A DNA stretch of 64,000 bases, from NCBI GenBank assembly GCA_037305845.1, contig CP147778.1:1184001-1248000 (forward strand). The letters run 5' to 3'. Origin of the DNA: Candidatus Freyarchaeum deiterrae. GTDB taxonomy: Archaea; Asgardarchaeota; Jordiarchaeia; Jordiarchaeales; Jordiarchaeaceae. The first letter of the stretch is position 1, and every line of letters starts with the position of its first letter. Shown here piece by piece: positions 50,606 through 60,791 of this stretch. The position numbers and the translations under genes are program-made. A model generated the notes under the pieces. That model had not been told where the DNA came from and searched no databases. It saw nothing but the letters and a program-made list of their open reading frames with translations.

Positions 50606-51970
50606 TTATGATGGGGGTGGTGAAGGTGCGGAACCCGTACCAAGCCATACCCAGTTACCGAAGCCATATAAACTACCAAAAGCGGTAACCAAATTTATGT
50701 AACTGTAATATATCGGCTCTCCAATTAGGAAATAGGCATCTCCAAGCGTCTTGGGCCAAAAAGCTCCGTCTACGCTGACGAGATAAGGCACTATTTTATT
50801 CCATTCATCATAGCAAGGTGGATTAGCTGTCTTTGGAGGGAGCATTGGGTTATGCCAATAGTCGCACTCCATCCAACCCCAGTCCCAGTCTCTAGCTTCA
50901 TTGTACGCCAGCACTTCCTTATACCTATCAAGTGTATACGCCTGTGCATAATGCCCAATAATACCCACTACAGCAAGTGCGAGCCCTACAGCACTAAGAA
51001 CAGTGGCTGCTGCTGATGTCACAGTACCAGCAACTGCCGCACCAACACCATATAAACCACCAGCGAAGCTAGCTATTGTACTTGCCCAGGTGAAAGCGTC
51101 CATGCTAGCGAGAGGTAGGTTTAGATATACATTTGCTAAATAAGCAGAAGCCTCCAATCCAGGTGTAAAAAATATGCACATGTACCAGTCGTATCCGTAG
51201 AGTACCACTGTAGGCCACCATCCAATGTAATAGGGCCACCAAAATACCCACACATAGCAAGGCCAGAGCAGTTGCGCCTGGTTGATGCGGAAGTAGGGGT
51301 CCATAATTACTGTTCCATCATCCGTAGTTACTGTTATTTTGGTTACGTTTTGTGTGGTTCCGTTTATTGTTAGTGAGTATTCTCTAGTCACAATGTAATA
51401 GGTTGTTCCATTAATGGTTTTAGTTTCGTTCAATTCGCTTGTTATTTTACCCTGCTGCACGATGTAGTTTACTTGTTGAAGTGATTGTATAGATTCATTC
51501 ACTATTTCGGGTGTTCGAAGCTCGTTTTCTCTGGAGAGCATTTGATCATACTGTGCGAAGCGTTCTGCGCAGTCCAGTCTTTCGGACAGGAACTGGAAGA
51601 ACAGCGCTCTGACTGATTCATTGTTTGGTGGTGATGTGAATGGTTTGAGTTCTCCGCTTTCTATTTTCTGCATCTGCCAATTCATGAAAGCATTGTTTAC
51701 AGCATCTTCAATGCTATGTTTCGCAACTTTGATTTGGTCCAGTGTTAATGCTTCTATGTCCAAGTTGGTAGAGAAATTCAGACTGTTGGAGATGTTTAGG
51801 TTTGAGCTTTTCGTTTGCTGTTCAAAATTTAGGGCATATAGTCCAAGAGGGGAGTAATTGTTATTCGCAAGTGCGCCGGCTCCAAACATCAGATAACCTG
51901 TTCCCAAGCTGATACTAAGCACTATGAAAACACTAGCCGCAAATATCCTTAACTTTGCTTTCATTCTCAT
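50606..51970 (-). CDS. Secreted hypothetical protein, candidate archaeocin/toxin precursor
   Basis: GGAGG RBS; basic and hydrophobic signal or anchor; after a DP dipeptide come a Trp/Tyr-rich segment, an Ala/Gly-rich hydrophobic hairpin and an aromatic C-terminal domain. Confidence 0.8.
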   Translation of the reverse strand: MRMKAKLRIFAASVFIVLSISLGTGYLMFGAGALANNNYSPLGLYALNFEQQTKSSNLNISNSLNFSTNLDIEALTLDQIKVAKHSIEDAVNNAFMNWQMQKIESGELKPFTSPPNNESVRALFFQFLSERLDCAERFAQYDQMLSRENELRTPEIVNESIQSLQQVNYIVQQGKITSELNETKTINGTTYYIVTREYSLTINGTTQNVTKITVTTDDGTVIMDPYFRINQAQLLWPCYVWVFWWPYYIGWWPTVVLYGYDWYMCIFFTPGLEASAYLANVYLNLPLASMDAFTWASTIASFAGGLYGVGAAVAGTVTSAAATVLSAVGLALAVVGIIGHYAQAYTLDRYKEVLAYNEARDWDWGWMECDYWHNPMLPPKTANPPCYDEWNKIVPYLVSVDGAFWPKTLGDAYFLIGEPIYYSYINLVTAFGSLYGFGNWVWLGTGSAPSPPPS

Positions 51971-52369
51971 CCTCCCAAATTTTTTAACATTTATTTTGGA
52001 AAAACTTGTATATATATATCGGAAATTCAGAAAGTATAACGGCGTTATTGAATTTAGTTTCTTGTTTCGGCGATTATTTTAATTTGGCAAAGGTCTTACA
52101 ATGTAAGTGAAAAGCTAAGATTTTCGTGCTGCTAGAAAAAGGTACGACTGCAAAATTTGTAAAAGAAAAAACATCAAATAGTACCATTTTTTCATTCTCT
52201 TTGGCACTCTGGTCACATATAGTCAGTATTGGAGCCGAAGAAAACCGCAAGAGTCAACTCAGTTCAACAAGTACACCGCAAATCATAAGCAAACCACCAA
52301 ACAAAAAATCACAAACAAAACGAGTATTATACTAGAACATTCTGGAAAGAAGGCTTAAAAGTTTAGAGA

Positions 52370-52759
52370 TCATGTGAGATTTTTAATCCTCTTTATGATT
52401 TTTTGAGTAACACGCCGCGAATTTTCCAACAACGTTTCAATCTCCATTTTCGAGGCATTTTCCGTATGAACACCCGCGGTCACTGTAACTACCCTATTAG
52501 TTTCCCTAGCTATACTATCCGCAGCCTCACGGGCCACAATATCGTCCTTATGGCTGAGTAGAGTAATCACGGAAGAAGTGGAAGATATAACACCCGGCTT
52601 ATCTCTGCTCGGACGGGGTTCCGCCACAGCCAAGGCACCCACATGCGATTTCTCTCCCCCACCAATTCCAACTACCAAATCATCTCCAATGAGAAAGAAA
52701 AACGCCCAGACACGACTTCTACCTTTTCCTTCCTCCTCATAAAAAACCCTAGACAACAT
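52370..52759 (-). CDS. LpdD-like protein (prenylated-FMN chaperone family)
   Basis: GDDLVV.IGGG..HVGA, SHKDD and VTAGVH motifs. Confidence 0.7.
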   Translation of the reverse strand: MLSRVFYEEEGKGRSRVWAFFFLIGDDLVVGIGGGEKSHVGALAVAEPRPSRDKPGVISSTSSVITLLSHKDDIVAREAADSIARETNRVVTVTAGVHTENASKMEIETLLENSRRVTQKIIKRIKNLT

Positions 52760-52786
52760 AACGTTACCTCTAAAAAATGTATTTTT

Positions 52787-53032
52787 TTAGCTTTCTTCTT
52801 CAACAAAGATACTCATTTCAGGGCAGTATAATTCGCATTGACGGCATGCCTTGCAGCGCTTAATATTAACCGGTATTGGGGTATAGTAACCTTGCTCGTT
52901 TGGTGTTTTGGATTTTTCCAGTACGTTCTGCGGACAAAATTTGATGCATAGCTCGCAACCTTTACAGAGCTTTGGGTCAATGTGGATTGCTTTTACTCTT
53001 TTTTTAGGCTCCTGATTTTCTTTTTCTTCCAA
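52787..53032 (-). CDS. 4Fe-4S dicluster ferredoxin (KorD/delta-subunit-like)
   Basis: CKGCELCIKFCP, N..GYY and CKACRQCELYCPE. Confidence 0.88.
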   Translation of the reverse strand: MEEKENQEPKKRVKAIHIDPKLCKGCELCIKFCPQNVLEKSKTPNEQGYYTPIPVNIKRCKACRQCELYCPEMSIFVEEES

Positions 53033-53375
53033 GTCTAATCGTCCCTTCCACGCTTATAGGCGAGGATTCATCCAATTTTTCTGTTATTTTCGAGTTTGTT
53101 CTGGTTTTCGGATTTTCCGTGACCTGAAGTTCTACTTTTAGTTTAGGAAATATTTCTTTGACTGACTCAAGAATTTCTGTGGTTGATTTTTCAGCTTCCG
53201 GCGTCTTGGTACTGGTGAATAGTACTTGATTCCAATTGGGAAACAGTGAGAGAACACCTACGAATTGGTTGTTTCTGATTAAAAAATATTCGCAGCAGTG
53301 TTGTCTTACCCTAAAGCCCTTTTCAGCCAGAAGACTTCTCAAATCTTGCAGTTTATTCGAAGTGACCACATACAT
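53004..53375 (-). CDS. Hypothetical protein
   Basis: 123-aa ORF overlapping the ferredoxin start; contains HCCEY. Confidence 0.6.
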   Translation of the reverse strand: MYVVTSNKLQDLRSLLAEKGFRVRQHCCEYFLIRNNQFVGVLSLFPNWNQVLFTSTKTPEAEKSTTEILESVKEIFPKLKVELQVTENPKTRTNSKITEKLDESSPISVEGTIRLGRKRKSGA

Positions 53376-53555
53376 GGTAGGGTTCCCTCAAATTTTAATA
53401 TTCTTTTAATATTACAGTTTAAAAGAAATGGTTGGTGGCGTATTAAGTTTTTGAAGAGTAATAGTAAGGTTCTCCATAAATACTTTAAAAAGATTAAAAA
53501 AATACAAATAATAGAGAATTAAAAACATTATGAACGCTAGAAGCTTTGGGGTTGC

Positions 53556-54332
53556 GTGGACATGATAAGCAACAAAACCAAAAAGACGTTAGAGGACATC
53601 GGGCTCACCAAGTACGAGATTGAGGTTTATTTAACGCTTGTGAATTCCGGCTCTCTTACCGCGATTGAATTGAGTAAAAAAAGTGGTGTGCCCTATTCTA
53701 GGATATACGAGGTAGCTGAAAGGCTTGAGAAGAAGGGTTGGGTGAGGTCGGATAGAGGAAGACCTAACAGGTACATGCCCAGACCTCCGCTGGAGGCGAT
53801 GAGGAATCTTAAGCTTCAAATGCAGAAGGAGTTAGAGGAAAACGAGGGGCAGATTGTTAACGAGCTTCAACCGCTTTATGAAAAAAGTGGAGAGTCTGAA
53901 CGACCGGACATCTGGATAATTCACGGAGAGGATAATCTCTTAGAAAAAGTCAGAGAGATGGTGGATAAAACAAAGAAGAACATATTAATCGCTTTTCCGA
54001 AAATAACGGATGAGAACTTGGATACTCTGCAACAGATTTTGGATAAACTGAGAGGCAAAGATGCAGAAATAAAATTCATGACCTCGAATGTTGGAGATCA
54101 GATTTTGAACAAATTGTTTAAATACTCTGGAGAGATAAGAACTCGAGACGTATTATATGGCGGCGGTATAATAGTAGATAACCGTGAGGCAATCATTATA
54201 TTTCCAGAAATCACTCATGAAGGGGAAATTATTTTCTCCTTGGGAATATGGTCGGATCATCTGGGACTCGCCGCATTAGCAGCCGATTACTTTGGGTACC
54301 TTTGGAATACATCCAAGGTGATTAAAAGATGA
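53556..54332 (+). CDS. TrmB-family transcriptional regulator
   Basis: GLTKYEIEVY, SGVPYSRIYEV and LEKKGWV; PLD-like effector domain (IIVDNRE). Confidence 0.92.
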   Translation: MDMISNKTKKTLEDIGLTKYEIEVYLTLVNSGSLTAIELSKKSGVPYSRIYEVAERLEKKGWVRSDRGRPNRYMPRPPLEAMRNLKLQMQKELEENEGQIVNELQPLYEKSGESERPDIWIIHGEDNLLEKVREMVDKTKKNILIAFPKITDENLDTLQQILDKLRGKDAEIKFMTSNVGDQILNKLFKYSGEIRTRDVLYGGGIIVDNREAIIIFPEITHEGEIIFSLGIWSDHLGLAALAADYFGYLWNTSKVIKR

Positions 54333-54352
54333 AAATTATGGAGGCTTACTGA

Positions 54353-55159
54353 TTGTTTAGAAAGCCGATAATAGGCCGCTTCCTATCCTATCACAGACAC
54401 GAAAATCCAAGCCCCGCAGTAATAGCCTTTAGAGAATTGATTTACCGAACCATAGGACACCCCTACCTACTCGACGTGATAAGGGCCGAGAGAGTCTTTA
54501 AGGCACTAGATCCTAAACCCAAGCAGAAAGTTCTGGATCTGGGATGCGGTTGGGGCGTCTGGAGTGTCGCGCTAATGGAGAATGGTTTAAAGATGGTTGC
54601 CGTGGACTTGCCCAACGAAGATTTCTTCGAGGCTCATAAATCCGCCCAAATAAATGATTTACCAATAGACTTCTTAATAGCGGATGGCCAAGCCCTTCCC
54701 TTTAGGGAAGATATCTTTGACGGTATTATAATGCTGGATGTTTTGGAACACATTCCCGATGACACTAAGGCGATGCAGGAGTCAAAAAGAGTGATAAAAG
54801 AAGGTGGAGCTGTAGTAGGAACGGTTCCCACCGTCGAGAGAGAGAAGATAATCATAAAGGAAAAATTAGTGAGGAACGAGCTGACAAGAGAGGATCTTAA
54901 CCTCGGACACCACAGAAGATACACTCTCAAGAGAATATTGAAGCTAATAAAGAGTGTGGGCATGAAAGCCGCTGCCTATGGTTACTACAATCAGCAGTTC
55001 AGCGAGGTTGCCGAGGAAATAAGAGAATTTCTCAGGCGTCACAAGATTCCTGATTACGTAGTATTTACCTTCCTCTACCCAATAGCCAAGATAGACGATT
55101 ACATTATAGCAGAGGGAGTAAAAGGCAGTGGATGCTATTTCAAGGCTGTTAAAACCTAG
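54353..55159 (+). CDS. Class I SAM-dependent methyltransferase
   Basis: VLDLGCGWG, LPF...FD, DVLEHIPDD and GHHRRY motifs. Confidence 0.88.
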   Translation: MFRKPIIGRFLSYHRHENPSPAVIAFRELIYRTIGHPYLLDVIRAERVFKALDPKPKQKVLDLGCGWGVWSVALMENGLKMVAVDLPNEDFFEAHKSAQINDLPIDFLIADGQALPFREDIFDGIIMLDVLEHIPDDTKAMQESKRVIKEGGAVVGTVPTVEREKIIIKEKLVRNELTREDLNLGHHRRYTLKRILKLIKSVGMKAAAYGYYNQQFSEVAEEIREFLRRHKIPDYVVFTFLYPIAKIDDYIIAEGVKGSGCYFKAVKT

Positions 55160-55228
55160 AAGTATGAAGAATACTTATCTAGGATTTTTGTATGAAGCCC
55201 CACGAGCATTCACTTTTTCTTAATTCTT

Positions 55229-55978
55229 CTAGCTGGAGACATGTTTTTTTATAGTATTTATGGAAGCCCGGTAGTTATTTATAAGTAGCTTAAGGTAGGC
55301 TTCGGTTTTCTTGGCGTTTTCAACTTCACCCGAAGTATCCAAATTCGTATTAACATGTTTTATAGCGCTTTCTAGATATTGAACAGATTCTTCAAGGTAT
55401 TGAACAGCTTTTCTAAAATTTTTCTCAAGAACCGCTACAAGAGAGTTGAAAAAGGAGATTTTAGCCTTCAGGATATTCACTCCTCCGCCTAATACTGAAA
55501 CCAGATCTTGATCCTTAGCTTCCGACACTTTTTTCAGTGCAGTCTCCAGTTCGGGCAGAATTGGTTTAATGTGCTCCAAAGCTTTCGAGAAAGCCTCCTT
55601 TATTTTTTGTGTACCGTGCACAGAAGCAGTATCTAAAATCATGTTTCCAAATTGAATCTTATTAAGAGAAATCTTGTCCACAAAACTAAACAGTGAATCG
55701 TTAAGTTCCATCATAAAAAGTTGGTTTGAAACTTCTATGATGCATCTCTGAGATTTGAAAAAAAGACGTATCGCTTCCATCAAGGGGGAATAGTAGTTAT
55801 TTGCGCTTCTTGTTTTATTTTCATAATTCTGTTCAAGTTCTTTTGAAAGAGAGATAATTTCTTTTGTCACCTCTACTCCCTTAACATAGTTGAAAGCATC
55901 ATCTCCATACAATTCCCGATAAGCATCCACAAGTGACTCATACTTCTTAAGCTTATTATAACTCAAAACAATCACCAT
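55229..55978 (-). CDS. Hypothetical all-helical (TPR-like) protein
   Basis: NFRKAVQYLEESVQYLESA is a TPR-like helix. Confidence 0.6.
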   Translation of the reverse strand: MVIVLSYNKLKKYESLVDAYRELYGDDAFNYVKGVEVTKEIISLSKELEQNYENKTRSANNYYSPLMEAIRLFFKSQRCIIEVSNQLFMMELNDSLFSFVDKISLNKIQFGNMILDTASVHGTQKIKEAFSKALEHIKPILPELETALKKVSEAKDQDLVSVLGGGVNILKAKISFFNSLVAVLEKNFRKAVQYLEESVQYLESAIKHVNTNLDTSGEVENAKKTEAYLKLLINNYRASINTIKKHVSS

Positions 55979-56099
55979 AATTTGAATTACATTAAACCGA
56001 TTCAGAAATGTTTTAATCGATTTGGAAAGATGACAGGGTCAATAAAACCTTTCGCCTCTAGAAGCTAAGAGAAGGAATATCTAATCAAGGTTCGGAACC

Positions 56100-57395
56100 T
56101 CAAGGCAATAGTCTGTTAATGAATCTGGGAAACAGTGTAGCCTCACGAATATGCTCTAGGCGGAAAATCCATTCTATAGTCCGCTCAATACCTAGTCCGT
56201 AACCGCCGTGGGGAACAGAGCCGTACTTCCTAAAGTCCGTGTACCAGCGATAATCTTCCAGATTTGCATTTATCTCTCCCAACCGCGAAATAATTTTATT
56301 GTAATCATCCTCTCTCATCCCGCCGCCGATAATCTCACCCACAGTAGGTACCAGCAAATCCACAGCCTGAGCCAGGGTTTCATCTGATTCTTTTCTCTTA
56401 AAGTAAAAAGCCTTCTGAATAACTGGAAATTCTGTAAGGAAAATAGGCACCCCAAAGTGATCGACAAGCATCCTCTCCTTAGACTCCTCTATATCCATTC
56501 CCGGCTCAATGCTGACGCCCCTAGACTTGAAGAACTCTAAAGCCTCGGCATAGGTCATCCGTTTAAAAGGCTGTTTAGGCACCTCAAGGTCGGTAACGCC
56601 GAACAGCTCCAAAATTTTATAATCTTCCTCTAAGGTTCTTTTGACGATGTGTACGATGGTGTCTTCAGCAAATCTAATCAAGTCTTCAAAATCGATAAAC
56701 GCTAGTTCCGGCTCAAAGTGGTAATACTCTAGAAGATGTCTCCTAGTTCTATGGTGTTCAGCTCGAAAAGATTTTTGAATACAGTAAACGTTGCCAAGAG
56801 CGGGGAGAACCGCCTCTAAATAAAGTTGGGAAGATTGTGTTAGGTAGGCGGTATCATCAAAATATTTCACGGGGAAGAGCGTAGCTCCTCCCTCACAAGC
56901 CGCCTTTGTTAGTGCGGGAGGAATTACCTCTGTTAAACCTCTCTCGACACAGAATTCTCTCAAATACCTAAGTAATTTATCAGTATAGCGCAGCACAGCT
57001 GAAGCTTTTTCTCCACGGACAACCAGATGCCTCTTATCCAACAATAGCTCAACTGAGGAGTCAGGCTGAATCTCCTCCTCTATACTTGACTGTGAAGGAG
57101 AAATTACCTTAGCACCATTCGCCCTTATTTCATAACCATAAGGAGACCTCTCATCTTCCGATACGTCACCCGTAACAATTAAAGAGGCTTCTCTATAACT
57201 ATTAAAGACCTCATTATAACCCTGAACGTTATCTCTCAATACCACTTGAACGAAACCAGTCCCATCTCTTACCACCAAAAAAAGCATATGCTTCCCATGC
57301 TCTCTTTTAAGGTGCATCCAACCACGAATTTGAACGGTTTCACCTACATGGTTTTGCATGTCAGAGATACGTACAACCTTTTCCATAGAAATCAT
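56100..57395 (-). CDS. asnS: Asparagine--tRNA ligase
   Basis: RDGTG, EGGATLF, YLTQSSQLYLE, FRAE..RTRRHL and PHGGYGLGIER. Confidence 0.93.
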   Translation of the reverse strand: MISMEKVVRISDMQNHVGETVQIRGWMHLKREHGKHMLFLVVRDGTGFVQVVLRDNVQGYNEVFNSYREASLIVTGDVSEDERSPYGYEIRANGAKVISPSQSSIEEEIQPDSSVELLLDKRHLVVRGEKASAVLRYTDKLLRYLREFCVERGLTEVIPPALTKAACEGGATLFPVKYFDDTAYLTQSSQLYLEAVLPALGNVYCIQKSFRAEHHRTRRHLLEYYHFEPELAFIDFEDLIRFAEDTIVHIVKRTLEEDYKILELFGVTDLEVPKQPFKRMTYAEALEFFKSRGVSIEPGMDIEESKERMLVDHFGVPIFLTEFPVIQKAFYFKRKESDETLAQAVDLLVPTVGEIIGGGMREDDYNKIISRLGEINANLEDYRWYTDFRKYGSVPHGGYGLGIERTIEWIFRLEHIREATLFPRFINRLLP

Positions 57396-57494
57396 CTGTT
57401 TGTCATTTCTAAGAACAGGCCCTTTTTAAGGCTAATTAGAGACTAGGGGCATCGTATGAAAAATATATCCGAGTTTTAATAATTTGAATATTTT

Positions 57495-58463
57495 TCACAG
57501 GGGAGCCGCGCAATTGGAACAGAATTTTGCAGTTGGTGGGCTCGCTTTTCCGCATTTGTAACAGTACTTCCAGCCACAATTTGAGCAAATGACTGGCTGG
57601 TTAGATTTTTTGCCGCAGTTTGGACATTTGAATCCTTGAGAGGTAGGTTGCGTTTTTACCGAAGACTTCGGTGTAACATCCGAATATAACTCTTTTATCC
57701 ATTTGGTGATTTGACTAAGGTCGGGTGAGGATAACGCTAGGTTTTTTCCACCCGTTATGTCAGCGGCTTCTTTAAACAGGTCGTGGTGCGCGTTTTTGCC
57801 TATGCTGATACAGTTGAGGTGAATATCTCGTCTGTCTCCTAGTGTATCTTTGACGGTCTTTAGAAATTTTTCAGGAGAATCTCCAGATTTCTCGTATGGC
57901 GCTGCATCCGAGATAAGTACGAAGAATACTGGCTTCACTTGGTTCTCTTTAATCATCATTTCTGCTAGCTCCACTCCCCTCTCTATGGCTCCGCTAAGGT
58001 TGCTTCCACCCTTACAGTTCAGCCCAAAGTCCAGCATGGCGATTATAGCTTCAGGAGCGTCCTCCTCTGTAGTTTTGAAAATGGCTAGTTCTCTATTCTC
58101 ACGGTCCGGCCAAACATCGTCGTTAAAGAAGAAAACCGAGAAGAGGTTTCCGATTTTACGTCTAAGCATGTCATCAAAGGTCAGAATACCCGCAGTCACA
58201 GCCCCGGCGCATCTCTTAACTAGTTTGTCGGGAACATTCAGCATCTCTTTTAATCGGTTAACGCTTTCCGAGGATAGGGGAACATAGTATTTTTCCAAGA
58301 TTTTTGATAGGCTTTCTTCCCCGGGCGCCCAAACATTCGACGAGACGCGTACATCATTATACCTGATCATGCTGAAACTGTTATCCATTCCTATGACAAT
58401 GTTTTTCCCCTTAACTTGAGCCATCAAAAACCCTCTTTCAAAACTCTTTAGGTACCAAAACAA
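57495..58463 (-). CDS. vWA domain protein with C-terminal zinc ribbons
   Basis: MIDAS DNSFS, LISD and A..TGG; four C-terminal CxxC pairs. Confidence 0.75.
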   Translation of the reverse strand: MFWYLKSFERGFLMAQVKGKNIVIGMDNSFSMIRYNDVRVSSNVWAPGEESLSKILEKYYVPLSSESVNRLKEMLNVPDKLVKRCAGAVTAGILTFDDMLRRKIGNLFSVFFFNDDVWPDRENRELAIFKTTEEDAPEAIIAMLDFGLNCKGGSNLSGAIERGVELAEMMIKENQVKPVFFVLISDAAPYEKSGDSPEKFLKTVKDTLGDRRDIHLNCISIGKNAHHDLFKEAADITGGKNLALSSPDLSQITKWIKELYSDVTPKSSVKTQPTSQGFKCPNCGKKSNQPVICSNCGWKYCYKCGKASPPTAKFCSNCAAPL

Positions 58464-58564
58464 CCAGACACTAACTAATTATTAATAAAACTTAGGCTAA
58501 AAACTATTCCCTCTAAGCAAACGCAATAAATTAAATCAACAACTCAAAATAATAGGAATAAACT

Positions 58565-58996
58565 TTAACGAGCGATGAAAACAGGTCTTTTGCTCGAGCG
58601 TAAAATCTTCATAGCATGACTGCCCACTACTACTCTTTGAGTTCCAGTAGTTCCACGTATACCGACAACTATCAAGTCTACACCTTCTCTCTCAGCTTGG
58701 TCGCAAACTAATTTCCCAGGGTCGCCCTCCAAAACATATTTGGCAATCTTTATACTTTTGCTTTTTGCTTTTTTCTCAGCTTCGTCCACAAATTGCTTCG
58801 CCTTCGCCTTCATCTGTTCTTTTATCTCTTGTATACCTTCTTTCGCGTAGGGTTCCAGACGTTCCAATTGAGCCATTTCCACTACGCTTAGAACAACGAG
58901 TTCGGCTCCGAAGGCCTCTGCCAACGCAACAGCATAATCCACGGCCTTTTCAGCATACTTCGATCCGTCTGTTGCTACTAGAATCTTCTTAAACAT
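58565..58996 (-). CDS. Universal stress protein
   Basis: FKKILVATDGS, GDP, DLIVVG and VGS motifs. Confidence 0.93.
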   Translation of the reverse strand: MFKKILVATDGSKYAEKAVDYAVALAEAFGAELVVLSVVEMAQLERLEPYAKEGIQEIKEQMKAKAKQFVDEAEKKAKSKSIKIAKYVLEGDPGKLVCDQAEREGVDLIVVGIRGTTGTQRVVVGSHAMKILRSSKRPVFIAR

Positions 58997-59145
58997 GACA
59001 AGACACCGATTATGAAATACACTATTAATCTACTTTAAAACTTAGTGTTAGTAAATTTGAATCTGAAAAAGCAATTTTAGGAATTGGTTTAAGTAATAAT
59101 TTTTCATTCAGATTTGATACTTAGTGTATAACTTACAAAAACAAA

Positions 59146-60141
59146 ATGAATTTAAATCCTAGAACTTACGTTCTCACAGCAAATATGGAGTTGTTTGTTT
59201 TGTCCCAGGGAAATAGTATCAAGGAATTACAGGAAGAGATTTTAAAACTTAAGAAGAGAGAGAACATATTTCTTCCCGCCCATAACTATCAAAGGCCCGA
59301 GATTCAAGAAATCGCAGACGTTCTAGGCGACAGTCTCGAATTAGCAAGATTGGCTCAAAAAGAGATCAAAGCAGACACAATCGTTTTCTGCGGAGTCGAC
59401 TTTATGGCGGAAACAATGTCAATTCTCAATCCAGACGCCGAGATTTACGTCCCTGATACAAAAGCCAGATGCCCCATGGCAATGATGTGCCCAAAAAATA
59501 TTCTCTTAAAGGCGAAAGCAGAACACCCAGACCTACCGGTAGTATTGTATGTTAACACCCTTGCTGAAGCGAAGGCGGAAGCCGATGTCATATGCACATC
59601 CGCAAATGCGGCAAAAGTAGTAAAAGCCTTAGGCGTTGACAAGGTTCTCTTCGGACCGGATAAAAATCTTGCAGCCTATGCGGAAAAAAAGACCGGGGTT
59701 AAGACCATTCCAGTACCGGAGGATGGATACTGTATCGTGCACGTAAGATTCACACCTGAAATGATTCTGGAACTGAAAAACAAGTACCCTAATGCGGTTG
59801 CACTCGTTCACCCTGAGTGTGAAATGGAGGTTCAGAACGTAGCGGATATAGTTGGATCCACAAGTTACATGTTCAACTATGTCAAAGAATCAAAAGAGAA
59901 GGAATTCATCATCGGAACAGAGATAGGTCTTATAGAACGTATGAAAAGGGAAATCGGAGGAAGCAAAATACTTATCCCCGCGTCGGAAAAAGCTATCTGC
60001 AGGAACATGAAGTTAAACACTCTAGAAAAAATACGAGATGTAATCATTAATAAACCCAAGGAGAATGTGGTAAAGGTTCCCGAAAAGGTGGCAGAGAAGG
60101 CAAGAGATGCGCTTGAAAAAATGTTCCAACTAACCAAATAA
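59146..60141 (+). CDS. nadA: Quinolinate synthase
   Basis: AHNYQ, GDSL, FCGVDFMAE, CPMA, YVNT and HPEC motifs. Confidence 0.96.
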   Translation: MNLNPRTYVLTANMELFVLSQGNSIKELQEEILKLKKRENIFLPAHNYQRPEIQEIADVLGDSLELARLAQKEIKADTIVFCGVDFMAETMSILNPDAEIYVPDTKARCPMAMMCPKNILLKAKAEHPDLPVVLYVNTLAEAKAEADVICTSANAAKVVKALGVDKVLFGPDKNLAAYAEKKTGVKTIPVPEDGYCIVHVRFTPEMILELKNKYPNAVALVHPECEMEVQNVADIVGSTSYMFNYVKESKEKEFIIGTEIGLIERMKREIGGSKILIPASEKAICRNMKLNTLEKIRDVIINKPKENVVKVPEKVAEKARDALEKMFQLTK

Positions 60142-60196
60142 TTCTGCCGATTCGCAGCATTTTGAATTTTAATAGTTCAACCAAAAATAGTTAAGC

Positions 60197-60532
60197 TCAA
60201 CCACCGTGAACCGCTGAAAGGAGAAAAACAGTATCTCCGTCCTGTAATTTTGTGTTTAATCCCTGAAGTACTTCTATGTCTTTTTTGTTTACCAGAATGA
60301 TTATGCCTGAATTCAACTCCCCCTCATGATCCAAAATAGAATTAAAAAGCTTCTTGTCGACTGCAAGTATGGAATTAAGAAGAGAAAGAACCGTTGCTTC
60401 ATTATCCATATTAAAAGACATTTTACTCTTTTTCGCGATGTATTTGAGAGACGACATAACTTGAACCTCAACCTTCATAGAGTCACCCATAAAAAGCTGA
60501 ATTTTTTGAATGCAAAAAGTTTCGAAGCCCAT
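60197..60532 (-). CDS. MoaD/ThiS/SAMP-like ubiquitin-fold sulfur carrier
   Basis: ILVN..DI..L.GL.T.L.DGD...VHGG C-terminus; probable start MKVEVQ at about 60478. Confidence 0.88.
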   Translation of the reverse strand: MGFETFCIQKIQLFMGDSMKVEVQVMSSLKYIAKKSKMSFNMDNEATVLSLLNSILAVDKKLFNSILDHEGELNSGIIILVNKKDIEVLQGLNTKLQDGDTVFLLSAVHGG

Positions 60533-60791
60533 TTTATCCCTAAAATTGGTCTATTAATTTATGAGCCTTAGATTTTATAGTATTTTCCCATGATGTAAAC
60601 CTGCCTTTTCTAAAGGTGCTTTCAGTAAAAAGAATTAGCGTTTGGGAAAAAGAAAGTTTGATAGAAAACTGAATGTTGATCAAAATAGGTGCATTTCCTC
60701 ATTGCTTGATGGGCTCAGTGCAGGTCAGTTCTATCATCTATGTCCCCTATTCGTATTCCCTCTTTTTAGAGTTTCTGTCGACTGAACTCTA

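Noticed and set aside
46206-52370. Integrated element at the tRNA-Arg genes carrying the toxin-like cassette
   Set aside because: No integrase and no duplicated tRNA 3' end (att site) were found.
60690-60790. Possible C/D-box sRNA or SECIS downstream of the GGR gene (ATGATA...CTGA on the - strand)
   Set aside because: The box C is imperfect, the spacing is wrong, there is no convincing stem, and no adjacent gene contains a UGA.
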